Source: an uncultured Actinomycetota bacterium
GTDB lineage: Bacteria; Actinomycetota; Actinomycetes; Mycobacteriales; Pseudonocardiaceae
Reading direction: 5' to 3'
Length of the DNA stretch: 32,000 nucleotides
Assembly: GCA_963731455.1 (NCBI GenBank)
Contig: CAVSVI010000005.1
Span: forward strand, 498,713-530,712
Below the pieces are notes generated by a model. The model saw only the letters and a program-made list of their open reading frames with translations. It did no database searches and was not told the DNA's origin. Shown here piece by piece: positions 16,095 to 24,538 of this stretch; within the stretch, counting starts at the first letter, position 1, and each line of letters begins with the position of its first letter. Both the position numbers and the translations under genes were made by a program.

Positions 16095-16338
16095 CCCGCT
16101 GGAAGAACCGTCTCATGCCTCCAAATGGAGGATCAGGCTAGCGTCGATCACCCCCTCCGGGAAGTAGTTGACCTCGGCTGCGGGACCCGAGCCTCCGTCT
16201 CGGTCGACCCCACGCGCGGACGTCGGTGCGAGCGGGGGCGCCTTGGTCGTCGCGCGGTTCCACCGTGGCCGAGCTGCGGTGGAGGCTCCGCGCAGGAGCC
16301 GGTGCTGTCGGCCCAACCCGGCGTGCAAGCGGATCGGT

Positions 16339-16394
16339 GTCACGCCTGAGTTCGCCCACGGTCTGCCGACCTCGCACGTCACGGGTGATCGAGC
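16339..16394 (-). repeat. Right copy of the 56-bp inverted-repeat pair (partner at 10328-10383)
   Basis: The reverse complement reads GCTCGATCACCCGTGACGTGCGAGGTCGGCAGACCGTGGGCGAACTCAGGCGTGAC. On the minus strand it lies about 245 nt upstream of the beta-subunit GTG at 16094. Confidence 0.9.
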
Positions 16395-16497
16395 GCGGCA
16401 CCCGGGCGGGTGGTCGCCTGGCAGCCTTCAACCCGCCGGACGTGGCCGGGCGCGGCGTGACATGCCGAGCGCGGGCTGGCCTGCGAGGATTGCAGGT

Positions 16498-16665
16498 ATG
16501 TCACGGACAGCTCGGCAATGGGTCGGAGCCGTCGCGCTGCTGGCGCTGGTTGCCGCGATGGTCTACTTCGCCATGCAACGTGACACCGGTATCACAGTCA
16601 TACTGGTCGCCGTGGTTCTCCTCGCCGCAGTCGCCGGCGCGATCCTGGTGTCGCGGAAGGAATGA
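16498..16665 (+). CDS. Small two-TM membrane protein (55 aa), hypothetical
   Basis: MSRTARQWVGAVALLALVAAMVYFAMQRDTGITVILVAVVLLAAVAGAILVSRKE has two hydrophobic helices. ATG at 16498 follows GAGGA with an 8-nt spacer. Confidence 0.45.
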   Translation: MSRTARQWVGAVALLALVAAMVYFAMQRDTGITVILVAVVLLAAVAGAILVSRKE

Positions 16666-16938
16666 CCGATGGGAGCGATCTGGTAGGCCCCGCTATCAAG
16701 ACGTGGGCCGAGTCGAGCTCCCGAGCGGGCGGGGACGGCGCGGACAACGACTGCTGCCTGGGCCGCCCAGTGGTTGCTCGGTCCGACGGGTCGCCGTCCA
16801 GAGCGTGGTCGGGTCGGAAGGTCCGGGCGTAAGCACCAGCAAGGTCGCCGGCGCCATCTTTCGGTACTCGAGCGATCCCGATCGTGGACGATGTCGACCG
16901 TCCGGCTCGTACACATTCTCGGCCGCTGGTCTGGAGTA

Positions 16939-17769
16939 TCAGGCCGGCTTGCGGCCCCATGCGGTGATCATCGGTGCGAGCATGAGGTCCAGGTCGCCGT
17001 GCGCGAGGTTCGCGAGATGCGTCTCGATCTCCTGGGGCGTCGCCAGTTGCGCGGCCAAGAGTTGGTCGCGGACGTGCTGGACCGTGGCCGCCTCCAGGAC
17101 CGCGCACTCGCGTGAGGCGATGGGGAAGTACGCCTCGGCGCGAACGTCGGTCAGGTCTGACTCACGCAGCAGCCGGGGCAGCGTGCGACCGTATGCGAGG
17201 TCCGCCCCGCGCTCGGCCATCAGTGTTCGGATCCGAGTGCGTAGCCGGTTCGCGAGCGCTTCGTCGGGGCCGCGTTCGTCCGGGCAGGCGAGTGGCTGCA
17301 GGGCCGGGTCCCCGTCCTCGATCACCAGCCATCCGCCCGGCCGGAGGGCATCGATCATGACTCGCATCGCGGCCGCGCGATCCGCGAGGTGGACCAGGAC
17401 CAGCCGGGCGTGGACCAGGTCGAACGTCTCCGCCGGCGGTGGGTCGCGGATCACGTCGTGTCCCCGTACCTCGAGCGCGCCACCGGCCGCGGGCTCGGCC
17501 CACGACACGTCGATGTCTGTGGCCGGCACCCGTCCGTTGCTCCCCACGCGCTCCGCCAGGCCGCGCGGCACCGAGACGCCGCCGGCACCGACCTCCCAGC
17601 ACCGCCATCCCTCACCGAGCCCCAGGGCGTCGAGGTGACGGAAGGTCCATGGGTCGAACATCTCGGCGAGCGCCACGAACCGTTCGCCAGCCTCCGGGCG
17701 ACGGTTGTCGAGCAGATAGCGGTTCACCGGACCAGCGTGGCCCGTCAACGTTGAGGTGCAGTCAGCCAT
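16939..17769 (-). CDS. Class I SAM-dependent methyltransferase
   Basis: Motif I as CWEVGAGGVSVPRGLA, then ATDID, FDLVHARLVLVHL and LRPGGWLVIED. ATG at 17769 (MADCTST...) is preferred over the track start at 17886. Confidence 0.75.
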   Translation of the reverse strand: MADCTSTLTGHAGPVNRYLLDNRRPEAGERFVALAEMFDPWTFRHLDALGLGEGWRCWEVGAGGVSVPRGLAERVGSNGRVPATDIDVSWAEPAAGGALEVRGHDVIRDPPPAETFDLVHARLVLVHLADRAAAMRVMIDALRPGGWLVIEDGDPALQPLACPDERGPDEALANRLRTRIRTLMAERGADLAYGRTLPRLLRESDLTDVRAEAYFPIASRECAVLEAATVQHVRDQLLAAQLATPQEIETHLANLAHGDLDLMLAPMITAWGRKPA

Positions 17770-17994
17770 GGCCACGAGGACACGAGCTTGAGCGGGACGC
17801 TGGAAGAATCTGGCGACAAAGTGTGCTCGACCACGGACGGGCAGATACAGTTCCAGGGAGATTGCACCTGGATCAAGCAGTAGCACGTGGCGATCACGTC
17901 CACCTGATGCAGACGTGTGGCTGGCCTCGCCGAGGAAGTGCCTCCTCGAGGTTAGTGATCAAGCTCAAGCTTTGAGTTCATCGGGGTCGATCGA

Positions 17995-18565
17995 TCAGGG
18001 GGTCCGGCGGCGAATGAGGCTGCGGATGCGGTCGGGGGACATCGGCGGGAACACCACCTCGGTCAGCAGCTCGTCGGACTCGAGGCTCGTCTGGAACGTG
18101 CCGGTGAAGAACTCGGTCGCCGGCACGGTGCACTGACAGTCCGGACCGACGATCACGATCCGGGCATCCAGCGCGACCGCAACCGTCGGCACCTCCGCGG
18201 CCGGGTTGTGGTGGGCCAGGCTCCCGCACACGGTGCCGTGGTTGCGGATCTGGGGATGCCCGATCCACGCGATCGCCTCGGCCAGCAACGGCCATCCCCG
18301 CCGCACCTGCGGCGCTGCCGCCAACGCCGCCTGCCGCACGCCCGGGCCCGACGTGAAGCCCGTCCTCGTCCACCCACGACGAACTCAGCCCCTCGACCCG
18401 TGTGATGTCCACCAGCAGCTCCGGGCGCGCCAGTCGCATGCTCAGCAAGGGAATCAGCGACTGGCCTCCGGCGAGCACTTTCACGTCCCGGTCGGGTTCG
18501 CCGAGAAACCGCAGAACGTCCGGCACTGACCCAGGCGCCACGTAGTCGAACGGTGGAGGTTTCAT
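17995..18565 (-). pseudogene. Frameshifted, C-terminally truncated FAD-binding medium subunit of a CoxM/xanthine-dehydrogenase-type molybdoenzyme (orphan remnant)
   Basis: The N-terminal frame reads MKPPPFDYVAPGSVPDVLRFLGEPDRDVKVLAGGQSLIPLLSMRLARPELLVDITRVEGL...DGLHVGPG. It continues in another frame as (V)RQAALAAAPQVRRGWPLLAEAIAWIGHPQIRNHGTVCGSLAH...ATEFFTG. The junction is in the run GGGCCCGGG near 18340-18348. No large or small subunit genes are adjacent. Confidence 0.6.
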
Positions 18566-18655
18566 GGCAACAAGCGCTCCTTTCGCCGACCTGCACCGTC
18601 GCGCCGGGTCCAGGCAGGGCGCTTTGAAGGCTCGGTCTTGTCGGAGAAACGTCCC

Positions 18656-19741
18656 TCAGGCGGGCTGCAGCTTCGCTGCTTGCTCTTGGGCTTCGGCTCG
18701 ATACATCCGCCGGATACGGGAGACTCCGAGGTCGTGCTGGTAGAGGTGCTCGGAGACGTCGGCGTCGTCGGGCAGCGCCTCGAGCACCATCCGGTCCTGT
18801 TCGAGCACGGCCCAGTGCCGGGCCTCCAGGCGCGTGCGGTAGAGGAACCGCCAGACCTCGCGCTCCCATCCGGAGACCCGTCGTGTCCGCCAGTGGAAGA
18901 TCGCCGAGCGGTGCGCATCGATCGGGGTGACCATGCCGACGATGCCGAAGACTCCGCCGGGGCCGGCGTTGGGTGCATACGGGATCTCGAGATCGACGTG
19001 ATCGGTCGCGCCTCGGCAGAACTCGACCCAGTCGAAGTTGACGCCTCGCTGGTCGGTCTTCTCGAAGAAGAAGCCGCGCTCGGTCTCGCGGATGCGGAAT
19101 CGGGCCGAGGTGTCGCCGCCGAACATAGAATGGGAGTCGCGGTGGAGGAATGCGCCGTGCATGGGGTCGAGCACGTTGTCCATGTAGAAACGCCACGGGC
19201 CGGCCCACTCGGCGTAGTTGGGGAACCAGGAGACGGCGGGGTCGGCCAGCCGGTCAGGGAGCGTGAACTCGGTGGGTTCGGACTGTTCGGTCAGCGGGAC
19301 GAACGCGAAGATGGTGTCGGCGGCCTCGACGACCTTCAGCGAGACGGCTGCCTTCTTGCCCTCGAGGGCGCAGCCGGGCATGCCGGGCACCGATGCGACG
19401 GTGCCGTCGCCGGTGACCTGGACGCCGTGATAGCGGCACGCGACCCGGTCCCCGAGGTGCTGGCCGACCGAGAGTGGGGCGCTGCGGTGCGGGCAGCGGT
19501 CCTCCAGCATGAACAGCGTGCCCTGGGCGTTGCGGAACAGGAGCCAGTCGACGCCCAGGCGGGTGACGGGGAGCATCTGGCCGGTTCCGACGAACCGTGA
19601 CGGCAGGATCGGGTACCAGCGGTCACGCAACCCGCTGGCGGCGATCTCGTCGGCGGAGAGCGTCTGCCGGGTACCGACGGCCTGGCGGGGCTTCGCCGGG
19701 CGGGTGCGAGCCGGTGTGGGTGGGGTCGTGACGTCGGTCAT
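18656..19741 (-). CDS. Rieske [2Fe-2S] non-heme-iron oxygenase, alpha-only type (phthalate/VanA/KshA-like class IA)
   Basis: Rieske motif CPHRSAPL...CRYHG and mononuclear iron motif DNVLDPMHGAFLH. ATG at 19741 lies 1 nt after the preceding stop. The upstream 222 codons of the track ORF are out-of-context read-through. Confidence 0.85.
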   Translation of the reverse strand: MTDVTTPPTPARTRPAKPRQAVGTRQTLSADEIAASGLRDRWYPILPSRFVGTGQMLPVTRLGVDWLLFRNAQGTLFMLEDRCPHRSAPLSVGQHLGDRVACRYHGVQVTGDGTVASVPGMPGCALEGKKAAVSLKVVEAADTIFAFVPLTEQSEPTEFTLPDRLADPAVSWFPNYAEWAGPWRFYMDNVLDPMHGAFLHRDSHSMFGGDTSARFRIRETERGFFFEKTDQRGVNFDWVEFCRGATDHVDLEIPYAPNAGPGGVFGIVGMVTPIDAHRSAIFHWRTRRVSGWEREVWRFLYRTRLEARHWAVLEQDRMVLEALPDDADVSEHLYQHDLGVSRIRRMYRAEAQEQAAKLQPA

Positions 19742-19742
19742 C

Positions 19743-19961
19743 TCATTCTCCCAGTCGGCGCATCTCGGCGCGGAAGCTGTCTTCGGTCCACGGGTTTCCG
19801 TCGGGGGCGCGCAGCCCGAGCCCGTTGAGGCCTTCGGTGAGTCCGGGAAGGTCGTGGACTCCGCGACCGAAGACCTCCATGATGGCGCCGGACAGTTTCG
19901 TCTCGTAGGCGCTGATCGGTTCCGCGTGGGTCTGGTGCTCGTCGAGGTATTGCTCAGACAT
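19743..19961 (-). CDS. 72-aa hypothetical protein, translationally coupled between the alpha/beta-fold protein and the Rieske oxygenase
   Basis: MSEQYLDEHQTHAEPISAYETKLSGAIMEVFGRGVHDLPGLTEGLNGLGLRAPDGNPWTEDSFRAEMRRLGE. The start overlaps the upstream stop (ATGTCTGA), and its own stop is 1 nt from the Rieske ATG. Confidence 0.55.
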   Translation of the reverse strand: MSEQYLDEHQTHAEPISAYETKLSGAIMEVFGRGVHDLPGLTEGLNGLGLRAPDGNPWTEDSFRAEMRRLGE

Positions 19962-20526
19962 CGGTTCTCTCCTGGGACGGGTTCGGCAGGCCCTCGGCGA
20001 TGACCATGAAAGCGGTGGCCCACTCGGTGAACGATTTCGGGCTGCTGCGATGGGTCGGTGCCACGGCGCCGTCGATGACCACCATGACGCCGTTGTCGAT
20101 TCCACCGGCCACGCTCTGGGCCTGGGAGGTGTCGGTGCCGGGTTCCGGCGCTGCGACCACGACGAGGGTGGGCGCATGGACCTGTCGCAGCAGCTCCCAG
20201 TAGCCGGCGTCGGACTCGTCGACCTGCGGATCCCCGGCCAGGATGCTGGTCACGAGGTCGCGGCGGCGAGCGGCCAGCAGCAGCGCTCGGGGCACTGCGG
20301 CCCCGGCGGCGATCACGTGCACGGGAGCACCGTCGAACCGGGTGGCGATCGTGCTCGCCGCCTGGGTCAGCCAGGCCTCGTCGTCGAGGCCCTCCTCCGC
20401 TGTCCACTCGAGGGCTTCGAGGGCGTGGACCTGCTCGAGGAACCAGTCGGCGGGCTCGCTGGCCGAGCGCAGGCAGAGCACGGCGGTGGTCAATGAGCCG
20501 GCCCGGGACGGCGTCGTGGTGGACAT
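19954..20526 (-). CDS. Short alpha/beta-hydrolase-fold-like protein that appears to lack the nucleophile serine
   Basis: At the position of the nucleophile elbow GxSxG the sequence reads VHVIAAGAAVP. The C-terminal PTLVVVAAPEPGTD...VVIDGAVAPTH resembles the acid/His strands of the fold. It is only 190 aa. Confidence 0.5.
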   Translation of the reverse strand: MSTTTPSRAGSLTTAVLCLRSASEPADWFLEQVHALEALEWTAEEGLDDEAWLTQAASTIATRFDGAPVHVIAAGAAVPRALLLAARRRDLVTSILAGDPQVDESDAGYWELLRQVHAPTLVVVAAPEPGTDTSQAQSVAGGIDNGVMVVIDGAVAPTHRSSPKSFTEWATAFMVIAEGLPNPSQERTDV

Positions 20527-20531
20527 GCTGA

Positions 20532-22214
20532 CTAGCTCCTTCCGGTGGGGGTGGGGACGTGCACGGGCGGAGAGAAGGCGCCGGGGCCGGGTTCGAGCGC
20601 GGTCACGTCCACCTCGACCATCACGGGCCCGTGCGTGGTGACGGCGTCGCGCAGCGCCGGTCCGAACTCTCCGGAATCGCGCACGAGCCAGTGGGGCATG
20701 CCCATCGACCGGGCCAGGAGCCCGAAGTCGGGCGTGTGCAGGTCGACCGCGGTGACGTCGAACCCGTGGGCCCGTTGCATGTTGCGCAGCACCCCGTAGC
20801 CGCCGTCGTTGAAGACCAGCACGACGACCCAGGCGCCGGTGCCGGCGAGCGAGGCGAGCTCACCGAGGTGCACCGACAGCCCGCCGTCGCCGGCCATGAC
20901 GAGCGTGGGCGCCTCCGGGCGTCCGACGCCCGCCCCGATGCCCATCGCCAGTCCCTGGCCGATCCCGCCGCCGACCGGGAACACGTTCGTCTCGCGCGAG
21001 TAGAGCTCGAGGAGCCGGTTGCCCCATTGGCTCGACGGGATCGTCACGTCGCGGGCGACCACGGCCTCGCGGGGTAGCTCGGCCCGCAATGTCCGGCAGA
21101 TCTCGGCGTACCCACCGAGCTGGTCGTACAGCGCGGCACGGACGTGTTCCCGGACGTCGCGCACTCGTCGTGGCCAGTCCTGCTCGGTAGCGGTGCCGGG
21201 CAGCCGCCGGCGCAATGCGGCCAAGACCGGGGCGGCGTCCCCGACCAGGCCGACCTCGGCCGGGTACACCCGGCCGATGGCGCGCGGGTCGATGTCGATC
21301 TGGACCTGCGGTTTCGGCAGCTCCAACTGGTAGCCGCGAGTCTCATTGGACCGGAAATGTGAACCGACCGTGAGCAGCAGGTCCGCGTCCGCGAGCAGCG
21401 GGGCGAGGGCCGATGCGGTGGCGAAGTTCCCGATCACCAGGTCGTCGTCCTCGGGAATGATCCCTCGTCCGGAGTTGCTGGTCAGCACGCCCGCGCCGAG
21501 CCGATGTGCGAGCGCGCCCAGCTCGGCTCCGGCGCCGGCGGCGCCCCCGCCGACCCAGAGCAGCGGACGCCGGGCGCCGGCCAGCTGCCTCGCCGCGGCG
21601 TCGAGCGTGTCGGGAGCGGGCGCCGGGACGGCCGCGGGGGCCACCGAGACCGGCTGCTGTTCGCCGGGTCGGGCCAGGTACTGCAGATCCGAGGGCCACT
21701 CGACGCTGGCCGGCCCACCGGGTATCCCGCCGACCGCGGCGAGCGCCTCCTCCAGCGCGGCCTCGGCCTGGTCGGCCCCGGACACGCTCACGGCGTGCGC
21801 GGAGACGGCCTCGAGCATCCGGCGCTGCCCCGGGAACTCGTGGATCACACCGCGGGCCGGGCCGGGGTCCGTGGCGTCGTAGAACTCGGAGTCGATCTGG
21901 CCGGTGACGTGAAGGACCCGGCTGGCGGCCGTGAGTGCCTCGACCATCGACCCGGCCGCGTTGCCTGCTCCGGTGCCGGTGCTGGTGATGGCCACGCCGA
22001 TGCCGCCGGTGCTGCGGGCATAGCCGTCGGCGGCGTTGACCGCGGCGGCCTCGTGCCGCATCTCGACGAACCGTAGGTCGCGCGCTACGGCCTCGACGAG
22101 CGGCAGGTTGTGGACGCTGAGGACCCCGAACGCGGTGTCGATGCCGTGGCCACGCATCACGGCGACGAGGACGTCGCCGCCGGTGCCCGTTGACGACATG
22201 GGTGCCTCAGACAT
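20532..22214 (-). CDS. Thiamine-diphosphate-dependent enzyme (acetolactate-synthase large-subunit / benzoylformate-decarboxylase superfamily)
   Basis: N-terminal PYR domain with the catalytic Glu context RHEAAAVNAADGYAR, and C-terminal ThDP motif GDGGLSVHLGELASL...LVFNDGGYG. The start MSEAPMSS at 22214 overlaps the upstream stop (ATGTCTGA). Confidence 0.85.
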   Translation of the reverse strand: MSEAPMSSTGTGGDVLVAVMRGHGIDTAFGVLSVHNLPLVEAVARDLRFVEMRHEAAAVNAADGYARSTGGIGVAITSTGTGAGNAAGSMVEALTAASRVLHVTGQIDSEFYDATDPGPARGVIHEFPGQRRMLEAVSAHAVSVSGADQAEAALEEALAAVGGIPGGPASVEWPSDLQYLARPGEQQPVSVAPAAVPAPAPDTLDAAARQLAGARRPLLWVGGGAAGAGAELGALAHRLGAGVLTSNSGRGIIPEDDDLVIGNFATASALAPLLADADLLLTVGSHFRSNETRGYQLELPKPQVQIDIDPRAIGRVYPAEVGLVGDAAPVLAALRRRLPGTATEQDWPRRVRDVREHVRAALYDQLGGYAEICRTLRAELPREAVVARDVTIPSSQWGNRLLELYSRETNVFPVGGGIGQGLAMGIGAGVGRPEAPTLVMAGDGGLSVHLGELASLAGTGAWVVVLVFNDGGYGVLRNMQRAHGFDVTAVDLHTPDFGLLARSMGMPHWLVRDSGEFGPALRDAVTTHGPVMVEVDVTALEPGPGAFSPPVHVPTPTGRS

Positions 22215-22989
22215 AGCGGGACACACCCCCACCGACGTCGATCGTGGCGCCGGTGCAGTAGCCGGACAACGGCGACAGGAGCGTCACGATCGGGAACGCG
22301 ACCTCCTCGGCCCGTCCGAACCGGCCGAGGACGACGCCGCGGTCGGCGGCGACCTCGGCGGCCCACTGGTCGTAGTCGACCGTGGTGTCGGATTGCGAGT
22401 AGCGGCGTCGCCATTGGCCGGTGTCGATGAGCCCGAGAGCGACCGAGTTGACCCGGATGCCTTCCGGACCGAGTTCCTGGGCGAGGCTGCGGGTCACGTT
22501 GAGCAAGGCGGCGCGGGCGGCCGAGGTGACCCCGAGCCGGGCGTCCGGCTGGCGAGCGAGGATCGCGTTGACGTTGACCACGGCGGCGGCGTCCGAGGAA
22601 GCCAGGTACTTGCGAGCGGCCCGGATGACGTTCCAGGCCCCGAAGACCTTGAGCTCGAGCTCCTCGCGGATCTGGGTATCGGTGGTGTCGGTCAGCGAGG
22701 CCATGAGCGAGCGACCGGCGTTGCACACCACGCCGTCGATCCGTCCGAACGCCTGCGCCCCCTCGGCGATCATCGCCTCGCTGGAGGCACGATCCACGAC
22801 GTCGCAGGACACCGCGTGTACCCGGCCAGTTCCGGGAAGCAGGTCGACGGCGTGCCGTAGCCGGTCGAGGTCGCGGGCCGAGGCGATCACGTCGGCGCCC
22901 TCGGCGAGCAGGTATCGGGTGGTCGCCAGGCCCACACCGGAGCTGGCTCCGGTGACCACCACGGCACGACCGCCCAGCTGCAGGTCCAT
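22207..22989 (-). CDS. Short-chain dehydrogenase/reductase (SDR)
   Basis: The TGASSGVG cofactor motif, the NAG motif as CNAG, and overall length (260 aa) fit a classical SDR. Confidence 0.8.
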   Translation of the reverse strand: MDLQLGGRAVVVTGASSGVGLATTRYLLAEGADVIASARDLDRLRHAVDLLPGTGRVHAVSCDVVDRASSEAMIAEGAQAFGRIDGVVCNAGRSLMASLTDTTDTQIREELELKVFGAWNVIRAARKYLASSDAAAVVNVNAILARQPDARLGVTSAARAALLNVTRSLAQELGPEGIRVNSVALGLIDTGQWRRRYSQSDTTVDYDQWAAEVAADRGVVLGRFGRAEEVAFPIVTLLSPLSGYCTGATIDVGGGVSRYV

Positions 22990-23005
22990 CTGAAGGTCCT
23001 TCCGG

Positions 23006-23752
23006 TTATTGGGGCATGACGAAGCCGCCGTCGACGGCCACCACTTGCCCGGTGATGAACCCGGCCCGGTCGGAGAGGAGGTAGGCGACGAGATCGGCGA
23101 CGTCCTGGGGTGTCTGCTCCCGAGCGAGCACCCGGTTGTCGGCGTAGAGCCGATAGCGCTCGTCCGGTACCGACTCGGTGGCCTCGACGCGGACCAGCCC
23201 GGGCGCGACCGCGTTGACCCGTACCCCGTGCGGCCCGGCGTCGCGCGCCATGCCCCGGGTCATCGCCAGCACGGCGCCCTTGGAACCGACGTAGTGCACC
23301 AGTCGCGGCGACCCGTAGATCGCCGCGTCGGAGGCCATGTTGACGATCGCGCCCGCGCCCTTGACGAGCATCTGGGGCACGAGTCGGGCAGCCACCTGCC
23401 AGGTGCCCAAGGCATTGACCGTGAGCACTCGGCGGAAGGCCTCGACGTCGAGCTCCCAGAAGGTGCGGCCGCCGACTCCGTCGGCCAGCGCCGCGTTGTT
23501 GACCAGTGCGTCGGCCCCGCCCAGCTCCTCGGTGCGCGCGGCCAGCCGGGCCACCGCATCCGGATCAGTGACGTCGACGGCCAGTGTGTGCACCTCGGTG
23601 CCGTCCGCTGCCAGCTCGGCGGCGGTCTTGTCCAGCAACTCCTCGCGCACGTCGACGAGTACGAGCCGGGCGCCCTCGGCAGCGAGCGTGCCGGCGATCA
23701 CCTGACCGAGGCCGCGTGCCGCGCCGGTCACGACGGCGAGCCGGCCGCTCAT
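23006..23752 (-). CDS. Short-chain dehydrogenase/reductase (SDR, FabG-like)
   Basis: TGAARGLG, NNAA and YVGSKGAV (YxxxK) motifs; 248 aa. Confidence 0.85.
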   Translation of the reverse strand: MSGRLAVVTGAARGLGQVIAGTLAAEGARLVLVDVREELLDKTAAELAADGTEVHTLAVDVTDPDAVARLAARTEELGGADALVNNAALADGVGGRTFWELDVEAFRRVLTVNALGTWQVAARLVPQMLVKGAGAIVNMASDAAIYGSPRLVHYVGSKGAVLAMTRGMARDAGPHGVRVNAVAPGLVRVEATESVPDERYRLYADNRVLAREQTPQDVADLVAYLLSDRAGFITGQVVAVDGGFVMPQ

Positions 23753-24537
23753 CGCCGGCCCCAGAACTCGAGCATCGCCGCGGCCACGTCGTCCGGGCGC
23801 TCGCTCACGCCCGCGTGACCGGCGCCGGTCAGGCGCTGCAGCGACGCACCGGGGATACCGTCGGCGAGCTGCCGGGAGGGCACTTCTCCGGTCACGCGGT
23901 CGTGCTCGCCGACCAATACCAGCGTCGGCGCCGTGATCGACGAGAGCAGTGGGGTGTTGTCGGTGGTGGCCATGAACTCCGCCGCGGCGCGGTAGCCCGG
24001 CAGCCGGACCTCGGCCATGGCGGCTCGGACCGCTGCGGCGGTCGTGGGGTCACACCCGGGCGCGACGAGGATCGGCGCCCGGGCGGTGGCGAACGCATCG
24101 GCCCCTCGGGCCGCGAGATCCTCGACGCGGGCGCGCATCGCGGCGGCCGCGTCCGGGCGGCCACCGGAGCCAGGGGTGGAATCGGCCAGGACCAGCGACC
24201 GCACGCGTTCCGGGTACCGGGCCGCGACCAGCGTGGCGATCACTCCACCCCAGGAGGTGCCGACCAGGTCGACCTCGTCGATTCCGAGCTGGTCGAGGAT
24301 CGCGAGCACCCGGGTCGGATAGTCGGTGTCGGCGGGACCGGCCGGGTCGATGGACTCGCCGTATCCGGGCGCGTCCCAGCACATCGCCCGCAGGCCGTGC
24401 GTGGCCAGTAACGCCGCCACGGCGGCGAACGAACGGGCGTTGCCGCCGATCCCGTGCAGCAGCAGCACGGTGCGGCCGTGCCCCTGCTCGGTCAGGCAGA
24501 CGCCGGCGGCGACCCGGCGGCGGGCGGTCACGGGCAT
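23749..24537 (-). CDS. Alpha/beta hydrolase (meta-cleavage-product hydrolase / enol-lactonase type)
   Basis: LLLHGIGGN oxyanion region, nucleophile elbow GTSWGG, and C-terminal GAGHAG His region. ATGA overlap with the downstream SDR. Confidence 0.8.
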   Translation of the reverse strand: MPVTARRRVAAGVCLTEQGHGRTVLLLHGIGGNARSFAAVAALLATHGLRAMCWDAPGYGESIDPAGPADTDYPTRVLAILDQLGIDEVDLVGTSWGGVIATLVAARYPERVRSLVLADSTPGSGGRPDAAAAMRARVEDLAARGADAFATARAPILVAPGCDPTTAAAVRAAMAEVRLPGYRAAAEFMATTDNTPLLSSITAPTLVLVGEHDRVTGEVPSRQLADGIPGASLQRLTGAGHAGVSERPDDVAAAMLEFWGRR

Positions 24538-24538
24538 C

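Noticed and set aside
10328-16394. The 56-bp repeats as tRNA-derived att sites of an integrative element, or as a cobalt (NiCo) or cobalamin riboswitch given the cobalt enzyme downstream.
   Set aside because: The repeats are inverted, not direct, and show no T-arm or acceptor-like sequence. No integrase is present. I could not find a B12 box or the conserved NiCo junction sequences, and the left copy precedes a gene with no link to cobalt.
16666-16938. A possible gene remnant on the minus strand (…ARVPKDGAGDLAGAYARTFRPDHALDGDPSD…) between the small membrane protein and the methyltransferase.
   Set aside because: Coding-like codon bias is weak and patchy. There is no start or recognisable motif, and three overlapping frames are all open, so it cannot be supported as a feature.
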